DNA of 64,000 nt from a virus. Every line of letters begins with the position of its first letter. The first letter of the stretch is position 1. The position numbers were made by a program, and so were the translations under genes. Shown one piece after another: positions 1 through 9,429 of the stretch. The notes under the pieces are model-generated. The model was not told the DNA's origin. It made no database searches and worked only from the letters and a program-made list of their open reading frames with translations. The stretch is taken from positions 3,304 to 67,303 of IMG/VR virus record IMGVR_UViG_3300028284_000004, one strand, 5' to 3'.

Positions 1-206
1 CACTTGCAAGAGCCAAGCATAATCCGGATAACGCTGATTACATTGCGACGTTCAGAAAGAGTCCTCGATACTATATTAAACTGCAGGGACGTGGTCCTCG
101 TACAGTAAATGCTATTGAGGCAGGACGAAAGCCTAGGGCATTCGACCAATCACTTCCATTACAGTATGCGGAACGTGTTGATGCATACGTGTACGAGCGC
201 CGATAA
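1..206 (+). CDS. hypothetical protein, 5' truncated
   Basis: Open frame from the window edge (..YYIKLQGRGPR..FDQSLPLQYAERVDAYVYERR*) ending at TAA 204-206, TAATG-coupled to the next ORF. Confidence 0.7.
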   Translation, partial: LARAKHNPDNADYIATFRKSPRYYIKLQGRGPRTVNAIEAGRKPRAFDQSLPLQYAERVDAYVYERR

Positions 207-394
207 TGATCAACGATTATTATGGATATATTGTTATTGTCATATGTGCTATAGGATACGGCTGGAGTCAATATCACTCCGGTGTAAAATTTGGTGCTGA
301 AAAGCTGCTAGAGATTCTAGAGCGGGAGAATATCATTTACATTGATCCAGAAACAGAAAAAGTAACTCCTTATTGTGGCGATTCTAAGGATTAA
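206..394 (+). CDS. small membrane-anchored hypothetical protein
   Basis: 62 aa, N-terminal hydrophobic stretch (YIVIVICAIGY), coupled start. Confidence 0.65.
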   Translation: MINDYYGYIVIVICAIGYGWSQYHSGVKFGAEKLLEILERENIIYIDPETEKVTPYCGDSKD

Positions 395-399
395 AACTC

Positions 400-407
400 T
401 ATAAATA
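400..407 (+). promoter_or_regulatory. T4-type late promoter
   Basis: TATAAATA in the intergenic gap upstream of ORF 432. Confidence 0.75.
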
Positions 408-431
408 GTATCATACGGGAGAAAATCTAAT

Positions 432-1808
432 ATGCTACGGTTCAATAATTTTAATAAGGTAGGTTTAACAGAAGAATTAGTTAAACTTACTCCTGCGCAA
501 TTGATTAAGCCTAATGGTAAAACCGGTGAAGCTAGAATTGATATTCTAAAGAGATTGATTCAGAGTGGTGAACCATTAGAACTTGCTAAAGGCGGAACGT
601 TCGTAGTTGTAGATAAAGAATCTGCTCTCGACCAAATTAAAAGCTGGAATGAAAAAACTCCTATTGCCCTTAAGGGTGATGGAGATAAATTCATTACATC
701 AAATGATCTCGGTAAATCCAAGGTCTTCGGTGGTGCAATGGGTGGTGCCGGCGGCGGAACACTTAATACTAAAGTTACCGAATCTCACCAGTGTGTATTA
801 CTACAAGCCATGTTAGATCATGGTATGCAGGCACAAGAATATTTTACTCCTGATATTTTAAAGAATGCTTATAAGCAAGTAGATGTAGATGCTACTCTTG
901 AAGAAGTATTAAGTGTAGATGATCATTGGTTTACCTCGTCGTACCTATCGGCTGAACTAATCATTAAAAAAGGTTATGTGAATAAGAGTATGGTATTCCA
1001 TCGTGGTTCTAAAACTATGATTGGTATCTACCTTGCTAAGAACCAAGCATTTAAGAATTCAGGCCTTTCAAAGTTCAGTGATGATAAGTGGAATCCAGGT
1101 GATATCTGGGCAGTCGATAAATCATTTAAGCTTTCTGATCTGAATGCTGAATCAATTAGATCGTTAAACAAGTCAATCCTTAAATTATTTACTGAACGAA
1201 AGCTTGTTGGTATATCATTAAAGCTTGTAAAGAAAACCGCTAAGTCAGCCGAATATAACGTTGAAACACCCCCAGATACAGATGATCATAAGCTCGTAAA
1301 GGTCTTACTCCAAGGAGAAACCCGTGGCAATTTCTGGTCTTCGAAGGGTGGTACTATTGTCTATGATGATGGTAAACTAGGAATTAAAGATAACTCATAT
1401 CAAGGTACAAACAAGGTAGAAATTCAAGGTAAGACTGCACGTGGGGGTGGAGCATCTTGGGGTGTTATCGTAGATTCTTCAAGTCAAGTGTTTAGAAAGA
1501 AAATCCCAGAGCATAAAGCAATTAAAGATATGTCTAATAAGATTGCTAAGAAAAAGGACAAACGTGCTATCGCTGAAATGTGGAAGATGTATAATCACTT
1601 CTATAAGGATATTTCAGAACAAGAATTTGAGGCTAACCTTGCAACTAAAGATGCTGGATGGGTATCTGCTAAGCTTGGAGCATTATATCTTTGCTATGCT
1701 ATAGATAAAAACACTGGCCCTAAAGCAAATCGCTTTATCACCAAACTAATTAATTACGCTGGATCAAAATCAGAAGATTCTAGTACATATGTAAAGGTAT
1801 ACGAATAA
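432..1808 (+). CDS. putative PD-(D/E)XK-fold nuclease, probable head-internal protein
   Basis: TE..QC, DKWNPGDIW and GISLK motifs; N-terminus MLRFNNF..LTEE resembles a capsid-targeting leader. Confidence 0.55.
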   Translation: MLRFNNFNKVGLTEELVKLTPAQLIKPNGKTGEARIDILKRLIQSGEPLELAKGGTFVVVDKESALDQIKSWNEKTPIALKGDGDKFITSNDLGKSKVFGGAMGGAGGGTLNTKVTESHQCVLLQAMLDHGMQAQEYFTPDILKNAYKQVDVDATLEEVLSVDDHWFTSSYLSAELIIKKGYVNKSMVFHRGSKTMIGIYLAKNQAFKNSGLSKFSDDKWNPGDIWAVDKSFKLSDLNAESIRSLNKSILKLFTERKLVGISLKLVKKTAKSAEYNVETPPDTDDHKLVKVLLQGETRGNFWSSKGGTIVYDDGKLGIKDNSYQGTNKVEIQGKTARGGGASWGVIVDSSSQVFRKKIPEHKAIKDMSNKIAKKKDKRAIAEMWKMYNHFYKDISEQEFEANLATKDAGWVSAKLGALYLCYAIDKNTGPKANRFITKLINYAGSKSEDSSTYVKVYE

Positions 1809-3052
1809 TGCTTAAATTCAAACAACATTTATCAGAGGCTGCAGCAAAGAATACGCACATGACTCACATCGAGGATTTGGTATTGGATGGTGGAGTCAAA
1901 GGTGCACGTCAAGCAATCAATGCATTACGATCATTACGTGATATGTTGGCTGGATCTTCTAAAGGTAAAGTTGATGTTACCGTAAAATGGGACGGTGCAC
2001 CTGCAGTATTTGCTGGTATCGATCCTCGCGATGGAGAATTCTTTGTTTCTAAAAAAGGAGTATTCAACGCAGAGCCTAAAGTATATAAGAGCCATGCTGA
2101 TATCGATGCCGATACTTCTGGCGATCTATCTAAAAAACTTAAGATGGCTTATGATAACCTAAAAGGTCTTGGTATTACTGGTGTAATTCAAGGTGATTTT
2201 ATGTTTGATAAAGCAGACCTAAAATCAGAAAAGATTGGTGATACAACATATACTACATTCCATCCGAATACAATCGTATATGCCGTACCTAAAGGTTCAC
2301 CTATCGAAAAAGAAATCTCTGCTGCAAACATTGGTATTGTATGGCATACGATTTATTCTGGCGGTAGTTTTGAAACAATGAAAGCTGAGTTCGGTAGAGA
2401 GATTACTCCTAAGCTTAAATCAAGTAAGAATGTTTGGATGGTTGATGCAACATTACCTGATCTATCTGGTACTGCTACAATGACCGCTGCCGAAACCGCT
2501 GAAGTAACAAAGAGATTATCTGAAGCAGGTAAGATCTTTAATAAGATTGCTGGATCTACCCTCAAAGAGATTGAATCAAATAAAGAACTTAACCTAGTAA
2601 TTAATACATATAATAATACTAAGGTAAGAGCCAACGAACGTATTACTGATACTACTAAACACGTAAAAGGTCTTATTGACTTTGTAAATGAAAGATATGC
2701 TAAACAAGCTGATAAGTTAAAGTCAGACGCTGGTAAACAAAAGAAATTTGAGCAACGTGATGTATTATTGAAGTTCTTTTCAAAAGAAAATCAAAAAAAC
2801 TTAAAAAATGTGTTCGATTTGCAAAATTTTATTGTAGATGCGAAGTTAATTATTATAAATAAACTAAACAGTCTTAATACGATCGGTACGTTCGTTAAGA
2901 CTACATCCGGATTTAAAGTAACCAACCCTGAGGGTTTTGTTGCTATAGATCGTATGGAAGGTGGTGCTGTTAAGTTAGTTGATAGATTAGAGTTTTCTAC
3001 AAACAACTTCAGTAAAGATATTATTAAAGGTTGGGACAGCCCAAGTCGCTAA
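1808..3052 (+). CDS. ligase-superfamily nucleotidyltransferase-like protein (DUF6267-like)
   Basis: KWDG (motif I), QGDF (III), EGFV (IV) and VKLVDR (V) in the correct order; leader MLKFKQHLSE. Confidence 0.6.
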   Translation: MLKFKQHLSEAAAKNTHMTHIEDLVLDGGVKGARQAINALRSLRDMLAGSSKGKVDVTVKWDGAPAVFAGIDPRDGEFFVSKKGVFNAEPKVYKSHADIDADTSGDLSKKLKMAYDNLKGLGITGVIQGDFMFDKADLKSEKIGDTTYTTFHPNTIVYAVPKGSPIEKEISAANIGIVWHTIYSGGSFETMKAEFGREITPKLKSSKNVWMVDATLPDLSGTATMTAAETAEVTKRLSEAGKIFNKIAGSTLKEIESNKELNLVINTYNNTKVRANERITDTTKHVKGLIDFVNERYAKQADKLKSDAGKQKKFEQRDVLLKFFSKENQKNLKNVFDLQNFIVDAKLIIINKLNSLNTIGTFVKTTSGFKVTNPEGFVAIDRMEGGAVKLVDRLEFSTNNFSKDIIKGWDSPSR

Positions 3053-3082
3053 CCTTTACATGGGAACCAAGGATAAACCATA

Positions 3083-3553
3083 ATGTATTCATTTAAAGAT
3101 TTTATTATCGCTAATCCAGGCCAAGAAGAAGATGAGCTTCTTGCCTACATTAGACAAAAGCGTAAGCGCAACGATGACATTGGCACGACCGTCGAACAAT
3201 TCGAAGAGATGGTAGATACAGACGAAGCTCTGACTACTGCTCAACGGATGAAGATGAAAGCCACTTTCCGTAAAAACAAAGCAAAGATTGCTCTTGGCAA
3301 AAAGAAAGCTGCTAAGAAACTTGCCTCTCCTGAAAAATTAAAGGCTCGTGCAGAAAAGCAAGCTAGAGAAATTCTTATTAAGAAAATCCTTAAGGATAAA
3401 AGTAAGAGTGACTTAGGCTTTGCTGGTCGTACAGATCTTGAAAAGAAATTATCAAAGAAAAAAGGCGCAATCAAAAAGATCGCCAAGAAGCTCTTACCCA
3501 AAGTTAAAGCTGCTGATAGAGAGAAGCTTAAAGGTAAGGGAGGAGCTGAGTAA
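3083..3553 (+). CDS. highly basic hypothetical protein, probable internal DNA-binding protein
   Basis: Acidic N-terminal part up to TDE-A, then a very Lys-rich helical region. Confidence 0.6.
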   Translation: MYSFKDFIIANPGQEEDELLAYIRQKRKRNDDIGTTVEQFEEMVDTDEALTTAQRMKMKATFRKNKAKIALGKKKAAKKLASPEKLKARAEKQAREILIKKILKDKSKSDLGFAGRTDLEKKLSKKKGAIKKIAKKLLPKVKAADREKLKGKGGAE

Positions 3554-4947
3554 TGGGTTTTAAATCATTTGGTGAGTACCTCACAGAAGAAACCAAAGAA
3601 GTCACATTTGGTTGGGGAAGATATAATCCTCCAACGAGTGGTCACGAGAAGCTATTTGACACAATCAAAAAGGTAGCTCGTGGTGGTCAATTCAGAATCT
3701 ATGCATCAAAATCAAATGATCCTAAAAAGAATCCCCTGAATTTCAAAACTAAAATCAAATTCTTACGTAAAATGTTTCCTAAATATGCACGTAATATTAT
3801 GGGTGATAACGATATTCGTACCATCTTTGATATTGTCGTAAAGCTATATGACCAAGGATTCACTAAGGCAACTCTGGTTGCTGGATCAGACAGAGTAACA
3901 GAATTTGAAACTCTCTTAAATAAGTATAACAATGTAGAAGGTCGTCATGGTTTTTATAACTTTGAAGGCGGAATTAGAGTAGTGAGTGCTGGGGATCGCG
4001 ATCCGGATTCGGATGATGTCTCTGGTATGTCAGCATCTAAGCTCCGCGCTGCGGCTTATGCTAATGATCTTGAATCGTTTTCGAAAGGTATGCCAAAAGG
4101 CTTTACCGGAACACAAGATCTATTCAATGCAATTCGTACAGGTATGGGATTAAAAGAATCCTATAACCATCGTAAACATATCCAACTAGCTCCTGCCTCA
4201 AAAGAAAGAGAAGCCTATATTGAAGGCAAACTCTTCATAGAATCCGATATTGTAAAAATTAAAGAATCTGGTGACACGGGTGAAGTAATCATGTGTGGTA
4301 CCAATCACGTTCTTGTTGAATTCGCTGATGGAACCTTAAAGAAATATTGGTTAGATGCAGTCGAGAAAGTTAATGAATATCTTGAAGAAGATTGCGGTGC
4401 TGGTGAAGAAGGTACTAACAAGCTAGTAAATAAATATAAAAAAGAAACCCCTGGAGAGCAGGCAACTACTCTGAGAATGAGTTTTAGAGATGTAGTTGAA
4501 GCAGATGATGTAAAGAAAAGCCTAATGGCTAAATCTGATAAATCAGGTATTTCTTATTCAATCCTTAAGCAAGTATTCGATCGAGGATACGGCGCTTGGA
4601 AAACTGGGCATCGTCCAGGAACAAATCCTACACAATGGGCACATGCACGTGTCAATTCCTTTATGTCCGGTGGAAAGACACGAACCACAGCAGATGCTGA
4701 CCTATGGGCTAAACATAAAGGTAAATCTGAATCTGTCCAAGAAAAGAAAAGCGAAACTTGGGAAGACGGATTTAAACGTCGTGTTGTAAAAGTTACTGAT
4801 GCTGAGCAATTAGATAACGGCAATAAGTGGAGAATCAAAGGTAAAGAACGTGATGAAGTCACGATCAAATACTATAAAGATAAACCAGACTTTGAAGAAT
4901 TTACCAAGCAAATGAAGAGAGTTGCAGGGCATGAATTCGGTGGATAA
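3553..4947 (+). CDS. HIGH-family (cytidyltransferase-like) nucleotidyltransferase with C-terminal extra domains
   Basis: GRYNPPTSGH, AGSDR and SASKLR motifs; C-terminal SGISYSILKQVFDRGYGAW..WAHARVNSF domain. Confidence 0.75.
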   Translation: MGFKSFGEYLTEETKEVTFGWGRYNPPTSGHEKLFDTIKKVARGGQFRIYASKSNDPKKNPLNFKTKIKFLRKMFPKYARNIMGDNDIRTIFDIVVKLYDQGFTKATLVAGSDRVTEFETLLNKYNNVEGRHGFYNFEGGIRVVSAGDRDPDSDDVSGMSASKLRAAAYANDLESFSKGMPKGFTGTQDLFNAIRTGMGLKESYNHRKHIQLAPASKEREAYIEGKLFIESDIVKIKESGDTGEVIMCGTNHVLVEFADGTLKKYWLDAVEKVNEYLEEDCGAGEEGTNKLVNKYKKETPGEQATTLRMSFRDVVEADDVKKSLMAKSDKSGISYSILKQVFDRGYGAWKTGHRPGTNPTQWAHARVNSFMSGGKTRTTADADLWAKHKGKSESVQEKKSETWEDGFKRRVVKVTDAEQLDNGNKWRIKGKERDEVTIKYYKDKPDFEEFTKQMKRVAGHEFGG

Positions 4948-5620
4948 TTTTACTCAATGGTTAAACGAAGGCGTTAATGACCCTGGGATCTTTAAGGCAA
5001 TATTTCTTGCCGGTGGCCCAGGATCAGGTAAGTCCTATGTCCAAAAACAAGTAGTTCCAAAATCTACTGGATTAAAAATAATTAATTCTGATGACTTATT
5101 TGAATTAAAGATGTCAAAGGCTGACCTTGACTTAGATCCAGAAACAATTATGTCCCCAAAGGGCCAAGAGATACGGGCTAAAGCTAAAGCTCTTACAATG
5201 AAAAGACAAAAGGTATACCTTCAAGGTAGACTTGGTTTAGTAATTGACGGTACCGGTAAAGATGTAGAAAAAGTTAAAAAGCAACTTATTGCCTTAAGAG
5301 CTTATGGATACGATTGTTATATGGTATTTGTAAACACTTCAGAAGAAGTTGCACAAGAAAGAAATGCTGCTAGGGCTAGATCATTAGATCCAACACTTGT
5401 TAAAAAAATGTGGATGGATGTACAAAAGAATATTGGTGCATTCCAAAATATGTTTGGTGCTCAAGATTTTACAATCGTTGATAATAGCTCCTCGGCAGAT
5501 TCCGTTAAAATCATGACTGCAGTATATAAAGAAATACAGAAATTTTTAAAGAAACCATTGAGAAACTATTTAGCTAAGCAATGGATCGAAAACATGAAAT
5601 CACTCGCCAGGAGAAAGTAA
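4931..5620 (+). CDS. P-loop kinase (AAA_33/zeta/PNK-kinase-like)
   Basis: Walker A GGPGSGKS, INSD, VIDGTG and RNAAR lid motifs. Confidence 0.8.
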   Translation: MNSVDNFTQWLNEGVNDPGIFKAIFLAGGPGSGKSYVQKQVVPKSTGLKIINSDDLFELKMSKADLDLDPETIMSPKGQEIRAKAKALTMKRQKVYLQGRLGLVIDGTGKDVEKVKKQLIALRAYGYDCYMVFVNTSEEVAQERNAARARSLDPTLVKKMWMDVQKNIGAFQNMFGAQDFTIVDNSSSADSVKIMTAVYKEIQKFLKKPLRNYLAKQWIENMKSLARRK

Positions 5621-5624
5621 TAAA

Positions 5625-6407
5625 ATGATTAAGTTTAAAACATTAAGTGAGAGCCTACGTGGCGATATCGCAAAAGTTGCATCTAAGTATCCTGAAGGAT
5701 CTAGTGTTAACGTCAAAGGTAAAGCTGCCAAAGTCATGAGCCATGGCAGTGACTTTTTAGTTGTCGCGATGGGTAACAAGACAATGAACGTTACGTTAAA
5801 GGACCTTGATGAGTCAGTAGAAGAAAGAAAATCAACTGTGCCTGAACTGATGCAAGTTAATATTGATGGCGAAGGTGGTGTAACTGTAAAAGCTAAAGAT
5901 GAAAAAGAAGCTCTGAAGATTGCACTGAAGAAAATGAAGATTCAACCGCGCTTTGCTAATGATAAGAAGTTCATGGCTAAAGTACAAATCATGCCAGCAG
6001 AATCTGTCGAAGTTGATGAATCGTCAGCGTCATGGGCCAAATCTTTACAAGATATTGCTAAGAAAAAGCAACTTGATAAGATTTCAGATAAAGATAAAGC
6101 GCTACTTATTAAGCTAGCGGATATGATGAAAAACGCAAATGAGGCGTATAGTGATGTTCAAGAGAATTCTCTTGTTGAGGCAGTGAAGTCTACTGATTCT
6201 ATGGACAAATACAAAGGGCGAGATCAGTTAGTTGTTAACAAATACCTTAAACAAAAATTTAAGAAGAGAATCAAAGACTTTCTAGATGAACCATACTTTG
6301 ATGGTCGAGATTATGTTTGTAAAGACAAGACCATTGTTAGTAGAGCTTTAGGTAATCCTGACATAAAAGTTTCTGATTTGGAAGCGGCACTGGATAAATG
6401 CCTCTAA
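5625..6407 (+). CDS. hypothetical protein, probable head-internal polyprotein
   Basis: Leader MIKFKTLSE; repeated hydrophobic-x-E sites (LDE-S, VDE-S, LVE-A). Confidence 0.6.
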   Translation: MIKFKTLSESLRGDIAKVASKYPEGSSVNVKGKAAKVMSHGSDFLVVAMGNKTMNVTLKDLDESVEERKSTVPELMQVNIDGEGGVTVKAKDEKEALKIALKKMKIQPRFANDKKFMAKVQIMPAESVEVDESSASWAKSLQDIAKKKQLDKISDKDKALLIKLADMMKNANEAYSDVQENSLVEAVKSTDSMDKYKGRDQLVVNKYLKQKFKKRIKDFLDEPYFDGRDYVCKDKTIVSRALGNPDIKVSDLEAALDKCL

Positions 6408-6454
6408 AAAGCACTGAATGAAAAACGCAAATAATTAATAAAGGTATATAGACA

Positions 6455-6937
6455 ATGTCAGAATATAAGCCATTAGCCCAAACTGCACGTGATGTAGTAG
6501 AAGCGGTTGATAAATCAAGCCCAGTGTATAAAGAATATCTTTCTTTAAAGAAAAAGTCTATTAAAGACTTACGACGCATGGTCGACCAACAGCATCGCGG
6601 TCCAGTAGACTTATCTCAATATGATAAACAGGGCGCAATATCGGACCTTCTCCGTAACAAGTTCGGCAATAAAGCAGTAGCCGCCGCAATGGGATTAGAC
6701 GAATCTATTGATATTGAAGAAGAACATCTAGAAGAAGCACCATTGGTTACTGACTTTGATAAGTCAATTGATTATATGATTAAGCTGATGAAACGAGATA
6801 TCATGAAAGATCGTAATAACGAAAAGGGCATGATGAAACTGTCTCAACTTGCAAAGATGGTTGGCCTTGAAGTTACTGATAAGGGCCAAGAAAAAGGCAG
6901 AATATTCATGTATGATCTTGCTAAGAGAAAAGTATGA
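6455..6937 (+). CDS. hypothetical protein, probable head-internal protein
   Basis: 160 aa; VVE-A, LDE-S and LEE-A sites. Confidence 0.6.
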   Translation: MSEYKPLAQTARDVVEAVDKSSPVYKEYLSLKKKSIKDLRRMVDQQHRGPVDLSQYDKQGAISDLLRNKFGNKAVAAAMGLDESIDIEEEHLEEAPLVTDFDKSIDYMIKLMKRDIMKDRNNEKGMMKLSQLAKMVGLEVTDKGQEKGRIFMYDLAKRKV

Positions 6938-7302
6938 TCGACTTTAAGGATTACATTGTTGAAGCATTTGGAATTTATGAGGGCGTAACTGTTCCCTTAG
7001 AGTCTCCAATGATTGAAGCCTCTGAACCTGAACTGAACTCTCCAAAGAGATCAGATGGCAATAAGAAGTATGTGGTTTATGTAAAGAACCCAGCAACCGG
7101 CAACGTAAAGAAGATCGAGTTCGGTGACGAAAAGGGTGGCCTTACTTCGAAGATTAATGATAAAGAAGCAGCAAAGAACTTTGCAGCAAGACACCAATGT
7201 GATACTAAAACCGATAAATTAGCACCAGGATATTGGGCTTGTCGGTTACCTAAGTATGCAAAAGAACTAGGATTAAAGGGTGGCGGAAATTACTTCTGGT
7301 AA
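6934..7302 (+). CDS. conserved T4-like phage protein (DUF6321-like)
   Basis: KKYVVYVKNP..VKKIEFGD..FAARHQC..GYWAC; leader MIDFKDYIVE. Confidence 0.65.
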   Translation: MIDFKDYIVEAFGIYEGVTVPLESPMIEASEPELNSPKRSDGNKKYVVYVKNPATGNVKKIEFGDEKGGLTSKINDKEAAKNFAARHQCDTKTDKLAPGYWACRLPKYAKELGLKGGGNYFW

Positions 7303-7546
7303 TCCATACGCTGACCATGGGAATGTGAGAACCTTTGATGTAAAATCAAATGGTTATGTTTGGCATAAAGATAGAGAAGATAGAACTATAAAGGTTCTGG
7401 ACAGTGAAGGTTGGCAATTGCAAATTGAAAATTGTTTACCCTTTTTATTAGTTAATGATTTAATTATTGATATACCTAATGGGACATATCATAGACTTAT
7501 AAAAGGTTTGAATGACCTGAAACTGGAGATTACCAAGAATGGCTGA
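7280..7546 (+). CDS. small cupin-like protein
   Basis: WHKDREDR and IPNGTYHR His motifs. Confidence 0.55.
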   Translation: MAEITSGNPYADHGNVRTFDVKSNGYVWHKDREDRTIKVLDSEGWQLQIENCLPFLLVNDLIIDIPNGTYHRLIKGLNDLKLEITKNG

Positions 7547-7838
7547 TGCACTAAGCGCTGAGCACAAAGAGCAAAATAAAAGATTAGATCGCATAGAAGA
7601 TAAACTTGATAAATTATCTGAGGCGGTTATTTCTTTGGCCCGTGCTGAAGAAAAAATATCGGTACTTATGACGACTTCACAAGTACAGAATGATTCATTA
7701 GTTAGACTCAATAATCGTGTTGATCGATTAGAGAAAGATGTAGATGGAAATAAACTTACTATAAATATAATTAATAAAGTGTTTTGGCTAATTATGGCGG
7801 CAGCCGCTACGATAGTTGCTACAAATATTTTACAATAA
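7539..7838 (+). CDS. coiled-coil protein with C-terminal transmembrane helix (XhlA/holin-like)
   Basis: Heptad RLDRIEDKLDKL..; C-terminal VFWLIMAAAATIVA. Confidence 0.6.
   Translation: MADALSAEHKEQNKRLDRIEDKLDKLSEAVISLARAEEKISVLMTTSQVQNDSLVRLNNRVDRLEKDVDGNKLTINIINKVFWLIMAAAATIVATNILQ
7760..7767 (+). promoter_or_regulatory. T4-type late promoter
   Basis: TATAAATA about 90 nt upstream of ORF 7860. Confidence 0.55.
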
Positions 7839-7859
7839 AATAACCCCAGGAGAAACAAA

Positions 7860-9032
7860 ATGAGTTTGTTTAAAGATAAAGATTTGACCGTAGCTGCCGC
7901 CGTTACAGCCGTGCTAGAGGGCAAAGTTCAAAAAGAAGAAATGGATCCTAAGGATCATGTAAAAGAAATCGATGGTGGCGAATCATTCGTCGTCGTTGAT
8001 AAAGATGGCAAAGCTGTAGCTAAGTTCAAAGATCGTAAAGAAGCTGATGACTATGCCAAAGAGAATCATACTGATCTAATGGCCGGAAGCGGTGATGATG
8101 AAAAAGACGAAGTTGACGAAAGTGTTGATGTCAATGAAGCCATTGACGCTGGTGATTATACTGTTGGTGCTGAAAAAAGCAAAAAAGGTTATCGTCCTAA
8201 GGTTACTCATACTGAAAAAGGTCATACTATGTACCTTGCAGCAGTATCTTATAAAGATGAAAAAACTGCCCTTGCCCATGCACAAACTTATTTAGATGTT
8301 TATGCACAAAGAGGCGACCGTGCATCTAATAATGCAGCCCTAGATTTTCAGAAAAAGAATGCTAAAAATGTTGCCGAAGTTGCAGAGCCAGAAGCTCAAG
8401 GCGAAAAAGATTTTAAAGATAAGCATGTAGTTAAGAAATCTGGTGCTGAGTCCGATGGTACTATCGTAAAAGAAGAAGTAACTATTACTATTGACGAAGC
8501 TAAGCTAAAAGCTGGTAAAGGTAAAGAAACGATTGATGTCGACTTTATTGGCGACAAAGATGATGCCAAAGCAGCTGAGAAAAAATTCAAGATTAAAATC
8601 AAAATGAGCGGAGACACTGCTGACGTAACTGGTGAAAAGAAAAATATTATTGCATGGCTATCAAGCGATATGTATGGTATGGATTCAGAAGATATCGAAG
8701 ATATCTTTCCAGAGTTACTAGAAGCTACAGATCTTGACGAAGGTATTATGTCAGAAATTGACGCGATGCTTCAAGACGGCAAGACTGCGGCTCAAATCGC
8801 TAAAGCGCTCAAACTCAATTTAAAGGATGTTACGAAAATTATTAAGACATTCGGCGAAGCAGTAGAAATTCCTAAAGAAGAGTCTGATAAGCAAAAGAAA
8901 TATCAAGCATTCTTTAAGAAAGCCCTAGCTAAGTTTGGTGTTAAGTCGCCATCTGAATTGGAAAAAGATAAGCGTGCAGAATTCTTTGATTACGTTGATG
9001 CTAACTACGAAGCAGATAATGAAGAAGATTAA
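7860..9032 (+). CDS. acidic/Lys-rich prohead core-like polyprotein
   Basis: Strong RBS (AGGAG); many hydrophobic-x-E sites; C-terminal YQAFFKKALAKFGVKSP..FFDYVD. Confidence 0.65.
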   Translation: MSLFKDKDLTVAAAVTAVLEGKVQKEEMDPKDHVKEIDGGESFVVVDKDGKAVAKFKDRKEADDYAKENHTDLMAGSGDDEKDEVDESVDVNEAIDAGDYTVGAEKSKKGYRPKVTHTEKGHTMYLAAVSYKDEKTALAHAQTYLDVYAQRGDRASNNAALDFQKKNAKNVAEVAEPEAQGEKDFKDKHVVKKSGAESDGTIVKEEVTITIDEAKLKAGKGKETIDVDFIGDKDDAKAAEKKFKIKIKMSGDTADVTGEKKNIIAWLSSDMYGMDSEDIEDIFPELLEATDLDEGIMSEIDAMLQDGKTAAQIAKALKLNLKDVTKIIKTFGEAVEIPKEESDKQKKYQAFFKKALAKFGVKSPSELEKDKRAEFFDYVDANYEADNEED

Positions 9033-9057
9033 CATTTAGCTGAGTGATATATAGTAT

Positions 9058-9429
9058 ATGATGAAAATATTTGATACACTCACAAGCAAAAACTTTGCTC
9101 TCTTCGCCGCTAATCATTATGATAATCCGGAATGCATAGACGTCGAAGAGTTTAAAGAAGATTTAAGCCGATTTAAGTATCTTAAAAGATTAATAGGAAG
9201 ATACGAAACTGCTGGGGATCTACAGGAAAGACTTATTATCAATCACCTTATTGTGATCCATAATGTCTTTGGTATTGAAGCAGCAAATAAGATGATTCAA
9301 TTTAAGATCGGAAAAGGCCATTTGAAATATATCAAACCTTTTCTGATCTTCTTGAATTATATAAAAGAAACAGATATGGTAGAAATACCATTGGATGACA
9401 ATATTGTTCAAAGATTGAGGAATCTATAA
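9058..9429 (+). CDS. conserved T4-like phage hypothetical protein
   Basis: NF.LFA..HYDNP.C..EEF.EDL.RFKY.KRL..LIINH motif recognised from aquatic T4-like phages. Confidence 0.7.
   Translation: MMKIFDTLTSKNFALFAANHYDNPECIDVEEFKEDLSRFKYLKRLIGRYETAGDLQERLIINHLIVIHNVFGIEAANKMIQFKIGKGHLKYIKPFLIFLNYIKETDMVEIPLDDNIVQRLRNL

Noticed and set aside
4931-5620. Zeta toxin of a toxin-antitoxin pair
   Set aside because: Only the generic P-loop kinase motifs are visible; there is no epsilon-like partner and the context is a late virion-type operon
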